From: Candidatus Niyogibacteria bacterium CG10_big_fil_rev_8_21_14_0_10_46_36
Lineage (GTDB): Bacteria > Patescibacteriota > Minisyncoccia > 1-14-0-10-42-19
Assembly (NCBI GenBank): GCA_002772995.1
Contig: PFCO01000001.1
Coordinates: 128,244 to 192,243, forward strand
Reading direction: 5' to 3'
Length of the DNA: 64,000 bases
Each line of letters begins with the position of its first letter. Positions within the stretch are counted from its first letter, which is position 1. Below, one piece after another: positions 37,580-46,713 of this stretch. A program made the translations under genes and the position numbers. The notes beneath the pieces were generated by a model that saw only the letters and a program-made list of their open reading frames with translations, ran no database searches and was not told where the DNA came from.

Positions 37580-38926
37580 TTATTGTTTCTCTGTGAGTGC
37601 TGCGATGCGCTCGATAAGATTAATGTTTCTTTCGTAGCTTTTCCCATCGTGGTGCGGGATAAACTCTCGGAGTAATGTTTGGCGTTTTGTCTCGTGAAGC
37701 GCAGGATTGTCTAGATACGCATTAATAGCGCCCGCAAGCTCTTCATCTGTTTTCGCAAGCACCGCCGCACCATGCCGAAGCACTGGTTCGTAATGGCGCT
37801 CCTTATACATCATCCCATATACATCATCAAATGTAATATTTACAACAGGGGTATGAAAAATACAGCACTCAATCGTAACCGTAGAGCGATGGTTCACATT
37901 AACATCCGCATACATAAGCGTGTGTTTTAAATTCAGAAGATCTTCTTTTGTCATCTCGGTGTATTTTTTCCCGTTCGTATTGGAAATTTCGGCTCCCGCC
38001 TTTTCCATGTACACCCGTTCTGTATTAGCGAATGCACTATAGGTTTCTATAAGATCGCGCGGGTGGACCCGAAAGAATATATTTGGCGATCCTTTTATTT
38101 TTCCTGAATCCCGGAGCGCAATAATCCGCCCGAGCAATTCCACTTGAAACGGATACGCCTTGGTAACGCTCGTAATAAGAATGGTCTTTTTGTGGGGATC
38201 AAGCCCCTTGCTCCGTAAAAAATCTTCACGCCCCACCAAAGGAATAGAACTATCAAAGTAATAGTCAAAACGGATAGGCCCTCCAATAAAAACATGGTCG
38301 GGCGTGTAGCGGTGAATAGAAAGCGCATCATCATACTGCATTTGGTTCCAACAAATCAAATAATCTGTTTTTCTTGTATGTCCAAAATTCGTTGTAAGGT
38401 TATCCCAACTGAAATTCATAGCAACCGTAGGGATATTGAATTTTCGCGCCTGGATAACTGCCTGCGCTTCAAACGGCTTAAGGCCGGGAGTGGGCATTAA
38501 GACCAAACTTGGCTTATACGCCTGTACAGCACGCTCAAACTCGGGCATTTTTTTGGTCAGTATGCCCTCAATAAAAGTAAATGTGTCGTTGCGGATAATG
38601 CCTTTGTGTATGAACTTGGCAATAAAACGGAGCCTTTTGCGGTGGGGAAAATCGATGCGTAGCCGGTTTACCAAGGGCTCATACCACGATTCGTTTTCGC
38701 GATTGAGCGTTAAGCGCAGTTCTTTCATCCGATTCCAAAAACGAAGATCCGCAATAGGCATCTTCTCATATGTCACATTTTTTATCACAGGATATATATT
38801 GGTTGAGAGCGTATCGGGCAAAAAGACAATAACCCGGAACGTACGCGCAAGGTGATGGATGTATTCCGTCCGTAACAGATCGGAGGTGTGAACGGTGTTT
38901 GAAATAAAAAGAAAAACAGTCTTCAT
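37580..38926 (-). CDS. GT-B fold CMP/CDP-donor transferase, paralog 3
   Basis: FSWDNLT, ICWNQ, GPIRFDYY, FRVHP, STVTIECCIFHTPVV, DGKSYER. Confidence 0.7.
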   Translation of the reverse strand: MKTVFLFISNTVHTSDLLRTEYIHHLARTFRVIVFLPDTLSTNIYPVIKNVTYEKMPIADLRFWNRMKELRLTLNRENESWYEPLVNRLRIDFPHRKRLRFIAKFIHKGIIRNDTFTFIEGILTKKMPEFERAVQAYKPSLVLMPTPGLKPFEAQAVIQARKFNIPTVAMNFSWDNLTTNFGHTRKTDYLICWNQMQYDDALSIHRYTPDHVFIGGPIRFDYYFDSSIPLVGREDFLRSKGLDPHKKTILITSVTKAYPFQVELLGRIIALRDSGKIKGSPNIFFRVHPRDLIETYSAFANTERVYMEKAGAEISNTNGKKYTEMTKEDLLNLKHTLMYADVNVNHRSTVTIECCIFHTPVVNITFDDVYGMMYKERHYEPVLRHGAAVLAKTDEELAGAINAYLDNPALHETKRQTLLREFIPHHDGKSYERNINLIERIAALTEKQ

Positions 38927-39039
38927 ACGAAGATAATGCTTTACAATAAACCATTTTTGGCGTTTTTGTCAAAATTGACGGATTAGCAAATTTGTATAAA
39001 AATAATAATACAAAACCTCTGTTATTGTAACGAAATTGC

Positions 39040-40773
39040 ATGAATAAACGCATACAATCTATCCTTCTCCACCCCCACCATACGATCAAAGATGCAATGA
39101 AAAAAATGGAGGAAGGAAAAAAAATCGGACCCTCAGCCCCCTGGGGTATTTGTCTTATTGTCGACGAAAAAAAGAAGCTCAAAGGCGTAGTGACTGACGG
39201 TGATATACGCCAGGCATTGCTCGCCGGACACACGCTCTCCACGCCAGTCTCGTCCATCATGACCAAAAATCCCCTTACCGTAAAAAGCGCGTCTCTTCCG
39301 AAAGATATGCTTATAGACCTTCACCACGAATTTAAAAATAGGAACGCAACAGAAAACAAATATCATCAAATAGTTATCGTGCATGAAAATGGCGCCGTTG
39401 AAGACGTGGTAACACCGTTTGAATTATGGCGACGGAGTGAACTCAAAACAAAAAATGTCGCCATCATAGGGCTTGGGTATGTCGGCCTCACTCTCGGGCT
39501 TAGTTTTGCGGATCTCGGCATTAAGGTGTTTGGTATTGATACAAGCGCGCATGTTGTAAAGCAATTAACAAAAGGGGTTCCTCATTTTTATGAGAAAGGC
39601 CTTGATGCGCTCCTCAAAAAACACATCAATAAGAATCTGTTTGTTAAAAAAACGCTCTCAAAAAATGAAAGCGACATCTATATTATTTGCGTTGGAACTG
39701 CAACTGATGAAAAAAATAATATGATATCGTCATACATTAAAAACGCGGCTCACGCAGTGGGGAAAGCGCTCAAAGCCCACGACCTGATTGTTCTCCGTTC
39801 AACCGTTGTCGTAGGAACGACGCGCGATATTGTGGTCCCCATTCTTGAAAAAGAATCGGGATTAAAAGCGGGACGCGATTTTTTCATCGCGTTCGCTCCG
39901 GAACGCACCGCCCAAGGAAAAGCACTTGAAGAACTTCGTACACTTCCGCAAGTCATTGGCGGGCTCAACAAACAAAGCCTTGATTATACCGCTCAACTCT
40001 TCCAACCTCTTACAAATACCATTATCAGCGTATCCAGTATGGAAGCGGCAGAAACGGTAAAGCTGCTTAATAACACATTCCGCGATATCAGCTTCTCGTT
40101 CTCAAATGAAGTAGCGCAGATATGCGACCGCATGAACTTGAACACGATGGAAATTATCCGTGCAGCAAATGAGGGCTACCCCCGGAACCCAATTCCTTAC
40201 CCAAGCCCCGGAGTGGGAGGCTCATGCCTGGTCAAAGACCCGTACATTTTTGCAGAATCAGCAAAAAAAGTGAACTACAAAGCCCAGCTTCCGCTCGTCT
40301 CCAGAGCGATAAATCAACATATGGTTGATTTTGTCCACGAGAAAGTGCACGCGTTCTGCAAGCGAAATAAAAAATCTGCGAAACATGCAAAAATATTTAT
40401 TGTGGGAATGGCATTTAAAGGAAGCCCGGAAACATCCGACATCCGTAACTCCACCGCGGTAGATATTACAAAAAAGCTTCAGCGTACATATAAAAATATT
40501 GTAGCGTATGATCCGGTGGCAACATCATACGACCTAAAAAAACTGGGAATAAAAATAGCACCCTCCCTTGCCGCAGGATTTAAAAATGCGGATTGTGTTC
40601 TTTTGCTTAATAATCACCACTCATATAAAAATATAGATATCCATAAAGCGACGCAGGCAATGAACACACCAAGCCTTCTTTTAGACGGCTGGAGTGTATT
40701 TGCGCCGCAGGATTTTGCCCACTTTGACCATATTACCTACGATGGCTTGGGAGTGGGACAACTGCCGCAGTAA
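39040..40773 (+). CDS. CBS-pair fused nucleotide-sugar dehydrogenase (UDP-ManNAc/GlcNAc 6-dehydrogenase family)
   Basis: N-term TIKDAM..GVVTDGDIR..IMTKNP (CBS); IGLGYVG, ICVGT, LRSTV, APER, KLLNNTFRD, GVGGSCLVKDP, GMAFK..DIRNS. Confidence 0.92.
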   Translation: MNKRIQSILLHPHHTIKDAMKKMEEGKKIGPSAPWGICLIVDEKKKLKGVVTDGDIRQALLAGHTLSTPVSSIMTKNPLTVKSASLPKDMLIDLHHEFKNRNATENKYHQIVIVHENGAVEDVVTPFELWRRSELKTKNVAIIGLGYVGLTLGLSFADLGIKVFGIDTSAHVVKQLTKGVPHFYEKGLDALLKKHINKNLFVKKTLSKNESDIYIICVGTATDEKNNMISSYIKNAAHAVGKALKAHDLIVLRSTVVVGTTRDIVVPILEKESGLKAGRDFFIAFAPERTAQGKALEELRTLPQVIGGLNKQSLDYTAQLFQPLTNTIISVSSMEAAETVKLLNNTFRDISFSFSNEVAQICDRMNLNTMEIIRAANEGYPRNPIPYPSPGVGGSCLVKDPYIFAESAKKVNYKAQLPLVSRAINQHMVDFVHEKVHAFCKRNKKSAKHAKIFIVGMAFKGSPETSDIRNSTAVDITKKLQRTYKNIVAYDPVATSYDLKKLGIKIAPSLAAGFKNADCVLLLNNHHSYKNIDIHKATQAMNTPSLLLDGWSVFAPQDFAHFDHITYDGLGVGQLPQ

Positions 40774-40779
40774 TAATAT

Positions 40780-41916
40780 ATGGCGCCTCATTCATACATC
40801 ATCACCAACTTTGCATATGGCACGGGCCCTTATGTGCGCACCACGGAACTCGCACTCGCGGTAAACGACGAACTGGAGCGCCTTGGGCATCCGCGTTCTT
40901 CTATTGTCGTCCCCCTTATCTATGGAGAAAAACAAAAACGCATTATGCAGGAAGAGTTTTCTTTGCTCTTTGCCAAGCACCCAAAAGAGATAATTCTTGA
41001 TGAAACATTCGGCTCGCATCTCAAAAAAACTTTTTATATCGGCACCGATACATACGAAACGCATCTAAACGCGTGGGCAAAAAATGCTGAAGACGCATCA
41101 AAAAAGCTAGAGAAACACATACAAGATACATACGGCAACCGTATTGCAATGATTTTGCAACGCTCCCCAAGGGTCCGTATCAATATCGCTCCCTCGTACT
41201 TTGCCTCATTCGGTTACCTGTCAGATATTTATGAGCGCTCCATAGATAATACCGATATAGCAATACGCAAAGAAACGCTTCTTCATGCCGCCGAATATGC
41301 GTCCTCCATTGAAAAAGAGCACTTGATGCACATTATCTCAACGCCCGGAACATTTTCATGGAAACACTATTCAAAAAAATACGCTGACGAAATTCTTTCT
41401 CCCCCATTGATATCGCCTTATACACATACCGAAGCGCCCGTTGAAAAAGGCATATTCGTGAATGTTACAGGCATCCCAGGCCTTGCAGGACTCTACAAGG
41501 CTGCGTTAGAGATGGAGACCCACATCTATACGAATGACACAACGACGCTCCCCCAAGGAACAAAAACTCCGTCTTCCGTTATGTTTAGCGGGAACATACT
41601 ATTCCAATTTGCGCGCACGGGCTGGAGCTCGGTATGGCTCTCCCACCTTTCCGGCACCCCGTTGGTGTATCCGCAATGGAAACACACAGACGATCCCGAA
41701 ATATACTTTAATAATATATGCGTCAAAACATTGGGGTTGGGAATCCCATACGAAGGCCAGCATATCGATTCCCTTATTAAAACTACTGAAACGCTTCGTG
41801 CTACAATAAAATCGTACAACGCAAAGATTTTGGACACATTCGGAACAACAAACGGCACACACTATGCTGCAAAAAAAATAGCGGAACATTTTGCAAAAAA
41901 TCACTTATCACTATGA
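40780..41916 (+). CDS. Hypothetical protein, probable GT-B fold (PseG/MurG-like N-terminus)
   Basis: TNFAYGTGPYVRTTELALA resembles GxGHxxRxxxLA; ARTGWSSVWLS..GTP resembles the GT-B C-domain; co-oriented between the dehydrogenase and neuA. Confidence 0.6.
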   Translation: MAPHSYIITNFAYGTGPYVRTTELALAVNDELERLGHPRSSIVVPLIYGEKQKRIMQEEFSLLFAKHPKEIILDETFGSHLKKTFYIGTDTYETHLNAWAKNAEDASKKLEKHIQDTYGNRIAMILQRSPRVRINIAPSYFASFGYLSDIYERSIDNTDIAIRKETLLHAAEYASSIEKEHLMHIISTPGTFSWKHYSKKYADEILSPPLISPYTHTEAPVEKGIFVNVTGIPGLAGLYKAALEMETHIYTNDTTTLPQGTKTPSSVMFSGNILFQFARTGWSSVWLSHLSGTPLVYPQWKHTDDPEIYFNNICVKTLGLGIPYEGQHIDSLIKTTETLRATIKSYNAKILDTFGTTNGTHYAAKKIAEHFAKNHLSL

Positions 41917-42629
41917 GAAAAAAGAAATACGCCATTCTCGCCGTAATCCCGGCCCGAGGTGGATCAAAATCCATACCCCGGAAAAACATAAAACCCCTTG
42001 CGGGAAAACCATTACTCACCTATTCCATAACGGAAGCGCTGAAAAGCAAATTACTTACAAGAGTAGTTGTTTCCTCTGAGGATAAGCGCATCATCCGCAC
42101 AGCAAAGAGATACGGAGCTGAAGCGCCATTTGTCCGCCCAAAAGCACTCGCAACAGACACCGCCCTTGCCGTGCCTACCATCCAGCATGCTGTACGAGAA
42201 ATGGAACGCCAAGAAAACACAACATACGATTATGTTGTTATGCTTCAGCCGACCACTCCGCTTCGCACCACCCGCCATATTGATGCTTGTCTCCTGCAGC
42301 TCATCCGCACGAAAGCTGATTCGGTCATAAGCGTTGTCCGCGTATGGGACAAGCACCCCTACCGCATGAAAACAATAAAGCGCGGGCGGCTCGTAGACTT
42401 TGGGAAAGAAACAAAAGAGAATATGCCCCGCCAAAGCCTTCCTCCGGTGTACTTGAGAAACGGGGCGATATACGCATGCAAAAGAAATGTACTGATGCGG
42501 CAAAACAGTTTTAAGGGAAAAGATTCCCGCCCCTACATCATGACAGAAGAAGAGTCGGTGAATATAGATAGCGTTTTAGATTTTCAGATTGCCGAACTTC
42601 TGATAAAAAATCGACGAAGCAAGCGTTAA
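41913..42629 (+). CDS. neuA: CMP-nonulosonate synthetase, copy 2
   Basis: IPARGGSKSIPRKNIKPLAGKPL, VSSED, LQPTTPLR, RQSLP..NGAIY, NIDSVLDF. Confidence 0.93.
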   Translation: MRKKKYAILAVIPARGGSKSIPRKNIKPLAGKPLLTYSITEALKSKLLTRVVVSSEDKRIIRTAKRYGAEAPFVRPKALATDTALAVPTIQHAVREMERQENTTYDYVVMLQPTTPLRTTRHIDACLLQLIRTKADSVISVVRVWDKHPYRMKTIKRGRLVDFGKETKENMPRQSLPPVYLRNGAIYACKRNVLMRQNSFKGKDSRPYIMTEEESVNIDSVLDFQIAELLIKNRRSKR

Positions 42630-43408
42630 AATATTTCTTTCCCGAACAGCGTAAGCACCTTTCGCAATATAGAAAATATACGGCTCTCATAACGATATGT
42701 GTACTCCGGAATAACATCCCCCCCGAATGATTGTTTGAATTGAGCAATCCCCTTTTTTGCGTTTTGAGAAAAATTAATCCCTCCCAAATCAATCGTCGTG
42801 TATCCTTTTTCTTTGCCGTACATACATATCTCCCACACAAGACGGCGGGTAGCATACCCAATGATGCGCGGATCCATGTCTTCGTCTTTGCGCAAAGACG
42901 CTATCGTCTTGAAACGCAGAATGCCATCAGCACGATACGAAGCAATGGATACAATCATTTTTCCCTTCCAATAGGCATTTGACAGCAGGCATTGGCTAAA
43001 CTCCCGTTTAAGGGAAAGAAGCGCGCCATCAACAGTCTTTGCGTGAGCATACACGGCATATGACTCGCGGCGGTTGGTGTCATCTACCCTAAATGTGAGT
43101 TCCGGAATGTGCTCGCTTTTCCGTATCTCATTGCGCGTATTTTTTTTGAACCGGGCAAGAATAGCATCGGGGGCATCTGTAAGCGGAATGACTGCTGTAT
43201 GCTTTTCGGTACGCGTACAGCCTCGGGGTGCTGCGCATTTTACATACGAAACAAGATATATGTAGTGATGTTTCTTTTGCAGAGACGCGAGCTCACCCGC
43301 AGTAACCGTATGCATCACAGTACGGATATACGGGAGACCACAAAGAGAAAAGTGAGGCAATAATTCTAGGAGCCTTTGTTTATGCTGTTGCTCGTCTATT
43401 TGTTGCAT
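42626..43408 (-). CDS. FemAB/FemX-like GNAT-fold protein
   Basis: ILARFKKNTRNEIRKS, LVWEICMYGKEKGYTTIDLGG, GIAQFKQSFGG. Confidence 0.75.
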   Translation of the reverse strand: MQQIDEQQHKQRLLELLPHFSLCGLPYIRTVMHTVTAGELASLQKKHHYIYLVSYVKCAAPRGCTRTEKHTAVIPLTDAPDAILARFKKNTRNEIRKSEHIPELTFRVDDTNRRESYAVYAHAKTVDGALLSLKREFSQCLLSNAYWKGKMIVSIASYRADGILRFKTIASLRKDEDMDPRIIGYATRRLVWEICMYGKEKGYTTIDLGGINFSQNAKKGIAQFKQSFGGDVIPEYTYRYESRIFSILRKVLTLFGKEIF

Positions 43409-44061
43409 GCAATAACGTAATGAAAATCGCGCGTTTTGAATAAATAGGTATCGTAGTGCCCTATCTTAATATCGGAAAACTGCCCATATATGTTTCGTAT
43501 CTCGTCTTCGCTATCAAAACAATACAAAATAGCGTCTTGTTGCGAAGGTGTGCGCGAAGGCCGGTATAAAGACGGGGCTATCTCTTCTGCGCATAAATTA
43601 TGCTTTGTAGATACCATGGATGATAAAAATTGCCCGCCCGATTTCAATACGCGAAACACCTCGGCAAGCGACTCGGTGAGCGTTTCGCGTGAGTTGTAAT
43701 ACAATGACTGCCATGCAACCACCACATCAAATGTATTGTCATCAAACGGGAGTCTGGGAGAATCAACCCGTTTAAACTCCGCATTAAACCCAGATTTTGC
43801 CAGAAGCTCTTTTGCGTGCGCGATCCGGTTTTCCGCAAGTTCAACGCCAGAACACATAAACCCCTCCTTTGCAAAATGTAAAAGATCCTGACCTTCGCCA
43901 AACCCAATAGAAAGAAGTTTTTTGCCCTTACCGTCAGGAAATAAAGCTTTTTGCGCCTTTATGAGATGTATGTCCGGATGCATGCCATGTATGGCCATAT
44001 GTTCCCATGTTTCGGCATTTCGCTTATAAATATTTTTTTCTGAAAATGACATACTAGGCAT
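43396..44061 (-). CDS. Class I SAM methyltransferase
   Basis: LLSIGFGEG, LPFDDNTFDVV, EVFRVLKSGG. Confidence 0.88.
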   Translation of the reverse strand: MPSMSFSEKNIYKRNAETWEHMAIHGMHPDIHLIKAQKALFPDGKGKKLLSIGFGEGQDLLHFAKEGFMCSGVELAENRIAHAKELLAKSGFNAEFKRVDSPRLPFDDNTFDVVVAWQSLYYNSRETLTESLAEVFRVLKSGGQFLSSMVSTKHNLCAEEIAPSLYRPSRTPSQQDAILYCFDSEDEIRNIYGQFSDIKIGHYDTYLFKTRDFHYVIACNK

Positions 44062-45424
44062 TCTGAAGAATAAAATTGGCTAATCGTTCTGATGACCTTC
44101 CGTCTATCTTGTAACACATCTTGTCCACGAGATCCTTGCGAAGCTCTCTATCCTGCCCCGGGTCATCCAGATATGCCCTTATCTGCGCGAATAACTCGGG
44201 GAATGATTTAATCACCTTTACACTCCCTGTATCAAGCACATGGCGAAAATGCGCAAGATCTTCCCAACGCCTTACAGACTGGTGATACGGCCGTTTTTTA
44301 TACCCGTCAAATCCTATTGTAAGCACAGGCTTATCAAATATTGCCGCCTCTATTGCAGTCGTTGAAAAAAGGGAAATAACTACGTCTGCGTGGTACATCA
44401 TATTCACATAGTGCAAAAAATTATCCATGCTATTTGTATTGTCTATCCAATTTATGAAAACATTCTGATCTTGCTCGAATTGCAGATACTTTGCCTTTTC
44501 GCTTGTTTGCGGATACGGACGCAGCAATAGCCGCACAGAAGGTCCAAAAAAACCTTTCGATATCTGGTTGGAGATTGCTTGCAAAATATCCGGCTCGTCA
44601 GCCGCATATACGCTTCCCGATACAAAAAGGATGACTTTGCTGTCTCCCGGCATGCCCATCTTCTTTAAGAATTCATCTCGCTGTATTACATGGCGCTCAA
44701 TACCGTAATAATTATCCCATTGCGGAAAGCCAACCACATCAACCTCCGAAGACTTGTACCCCTCATATTTGACTGCTTCTTTTTTCATTGGCTCGTTCTG
44801 CACCGCAAGAACATCCGTTTGCACGGGTACAAAATATTTATTGAAATGGTCCCACTTTGAAGGCATCCCCGCTGTTTTTATATTCCGGCGTTTTGCTTCG
44901 GCCGCTATTTCTATATCGGGGAAATGCGCGATATCAGAGCAAAACACAAGATCAGGATTATGCGTATCAAATAATGCTTTATACGGTCGCTCAGTAAAAA
45001 TCTTTTGATAGAGCCACGGAACTACATTCCGTTTTATTATGTTAAATTTTCCAAAGGTATGCGCTATAACCCATTTTATAACCCATAAGTGTCTGTTCCC
45101 TCCGGCGGGAGGCGCATCCAGCCGGTCGCCAACAGTAGCAAGCAATTTCGTAGTGCCAGTAAATACCAGATATGAATAGAAAAAATGAAACGCGCGCTCA
45201 AGCCGCGTTTTGGGACGAAAATAAGATATATTCTCTATCACTACATGCGGCATATTTTTTAATTCTTCCGCAGAAAAAAATTCGGGCAATACTTGAGAGC
45301 GCCGCAGTATGACAATATTATGGTCTCCACGCAAAACAAGTTTCCGGACAACACTGTCCGGAGGCAAAAAAAGGTTTCGGAATACGTGCACATCGTACAC
45401 ACTGAAAAAAATTGTTTTTTTCAT
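44054..45424 (-). CDS. GT-B fold CMP/CDP-donor transferase, paralog 4
   Basis: SKWDHF, AVQNE, VGFPQWDNY, LRPYP, STTAIEAAIFDKPV, DGRSSERLA; ATGA overlap at 45424. Confidence 0.7.
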   Translation of the reverse strand: MKKTIFFSVYDVHVFRNLFLPPDSVVRKLVLRGDHNIVILRRSQVLPEFFSAEELKNMPHVVIENISYFRPKTRLERAFHFFYSYLVFTGTTKLLATVGDRLDAPPAGGNRHLWVIKWVIAHTFGKFNIIKRNVVPWLYQKIFTERPYKALFDTHNPDLVFCSDIAHFPDIEIAAEAKRRNIKTAGMPSKWDHFNKYFVPVQTDVLAVQNEPMKKEAVKYEGYKSSEVDVVGFPQWDNYYGIERHVIQRDEFLKKMGMPGDSKVILFVSGSVYAADEPDILQAISNQISKGFFGPSVRLLLRPYPQTSEKAKYLQFEQDQNVFINWIDNTNSMDNFLHYVNMMYHADVVISLFSTTAIEAAIFDKPVLTIGFDGYKKRPYHQSVRRWEDLAHFRHVLDTGSVKVIKSFPELFAQIRAYLDDPGQDRELRKDLVDKMCYKIDGRSSERLANFILQNA

Positions 45425-46638
45425 ACGCTCGCTTTTACAAAAAGACGTATGAGGGCATCGGCGGTTTGCGCCCAAGAAAGCTTTTTCTCAACAAACGACC
45501 TGCCGTTTTTTCGGAGAGTATTGTATAGCTGTGAATCAGAAACCAGTATCTCTATGCTTTTCGCCAAAGCTCCGACGTCTTTTGCACTAAATAAAACAGC
45601 ATTTTCCTTGTCTGTCAATACTTCTGATGCCCCTGCGGTATCCGAAACAATAACGGGCATCCCACAAGACATTGCCTCAAACACCGCCAGCCCCCAACTT
45701 TGCATGTGATTCGGAAACAGGAAAAGATGATGCTTATGGTATTCTGCCAAAAAATCTTCTTCGGATATCTCTCCCGTAAAACGCACACGCTTCTGCAGAC
45801 CTAAGCGAGCAACAAGACTTACGAGCGATGCATAATATTTTTCATTGCTTTTTGTGCTTCCGGAAATAGTGAGCGTCGCATTGTATCCCCTCTGCACTAA
45901 GAGACCGAGTGCAGATATGCCGTCCTCGAAACGCCGGTGCGGAAAAAATATGCCGTTCATAAAAAGTGACACCGTTTCTTTTGTAGGCGGGATGCGCTCT
46001 TGGTATGAAAAATAATTAGCATCAACGCCGTTCCGGATTATCGTTGCGTTTTTCCCAAAATATTTTTTTGCCCATTTCTTATCGCGCTCATCCAGCACGG
46101 CAATCTCGTTCTGCGCCTTAATAAACTTATGAGCATCATAGGCATCATATACCCGGTAAAACGCGCGCTTTACAAGAGATACGCGGAGTTGCGAATCTAA
46201 TTTTTGTGCGCGGAGCATCATAAATTGTTTTGTCGGCATGTCATGCATCACCCATACGGAAGGCACATTTTTTGAGCGCTCCTTAAAATAGTACGCAACA
46301 CGGTAACATACATGGTCATGCGGGTTCAGTATGTCTGTATCCTTATCAATAAGGTCAGCGAGTTCTTTTGATGCGTCGTTCTCACGGAACATCTGCCCGA
46401 ACGAGCGGAATATATTGACTATGCTCCACGCGCTCCGATGCTTGTACGTAGGGAAAAAATCCAACGAACGCACATCCATGCCCTCAAGCAAATCCGCAAA
46501 GCAATCTTCCTTTGAATAGAGAAAGGTGTAGAGCACCACTTCGTGCCCTGCTTTTTTGAGCTCCCGCGCAACATATAAGACATGACGCTGGACACCTCCG
46601 CGTGTATTCAATTTTCGCACTATCATAGCTACCTTCAT
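45421..46638 (-). CDS. Glycosyltransferase family 4
   Basis: GGVQRH, IRNGVD, QSWGLAVFEAMSCGMPVIVS. Confidence 0.92.
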   Translation of the reverse strand: MKVAMIVRKLNTRGGVQRHVLYVARELKKAGHEVVLYTFLYSKEDCFADLLEGMDVRSLDFFPTYKHRSAWSIVNIFRSFGQMFRENDASKELADLIDKDTDILNPHDHVCYRVAYYFKERSKNVPSVWVMHDMPTKQFMMLRAQKLDSQLRVSLVKRAFYRVYDAYDAHKFIKAQNEIAVLDERDKKWAKKYFGKNATIIRNGVDANYFSYQERIPPTKETVSLFMNGIFFPHRRFEDGISALGLLVQRGYNATLTISGSTKSNEKYYASLVSLVARLGLQKRVRFTGEISEEDFLAEYHKHHLFLFPNHMQSWGLAVFEAMSCGMPVIVSDTAGASEVLTDKENAVLFSAKDVGALAKSIEILVSDSQLYNTLRKNGRSFVEKKLSWAQTADALIRLFVKASV

Positions 46639-46675
46639 AGATGTTGGCCTATTTCAATATATCTATTATAGCAAT

Positions 46676-46713
46676 AAAAAAGCCTCGTACGACCTGTACG
46701 AGGCTTTGTTTTT
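46676..46713 (-). terminator. Intrinsic terminator; right boundary of the glycan locus
   Basis: AAAGCCTCGTAC-GACCT-GTACGAGGCTTT with flanking A/T runs; TGCTATAAT follows on the minus strand. Confidence 0.85.

Noticed and set aside
9480-45424. SWDN paralogs as teichoic acid TagF/TagB enzymes
   Set aside because: No TagD/TarI in the window while neuA/neuB are present; disfavoured but not excluded
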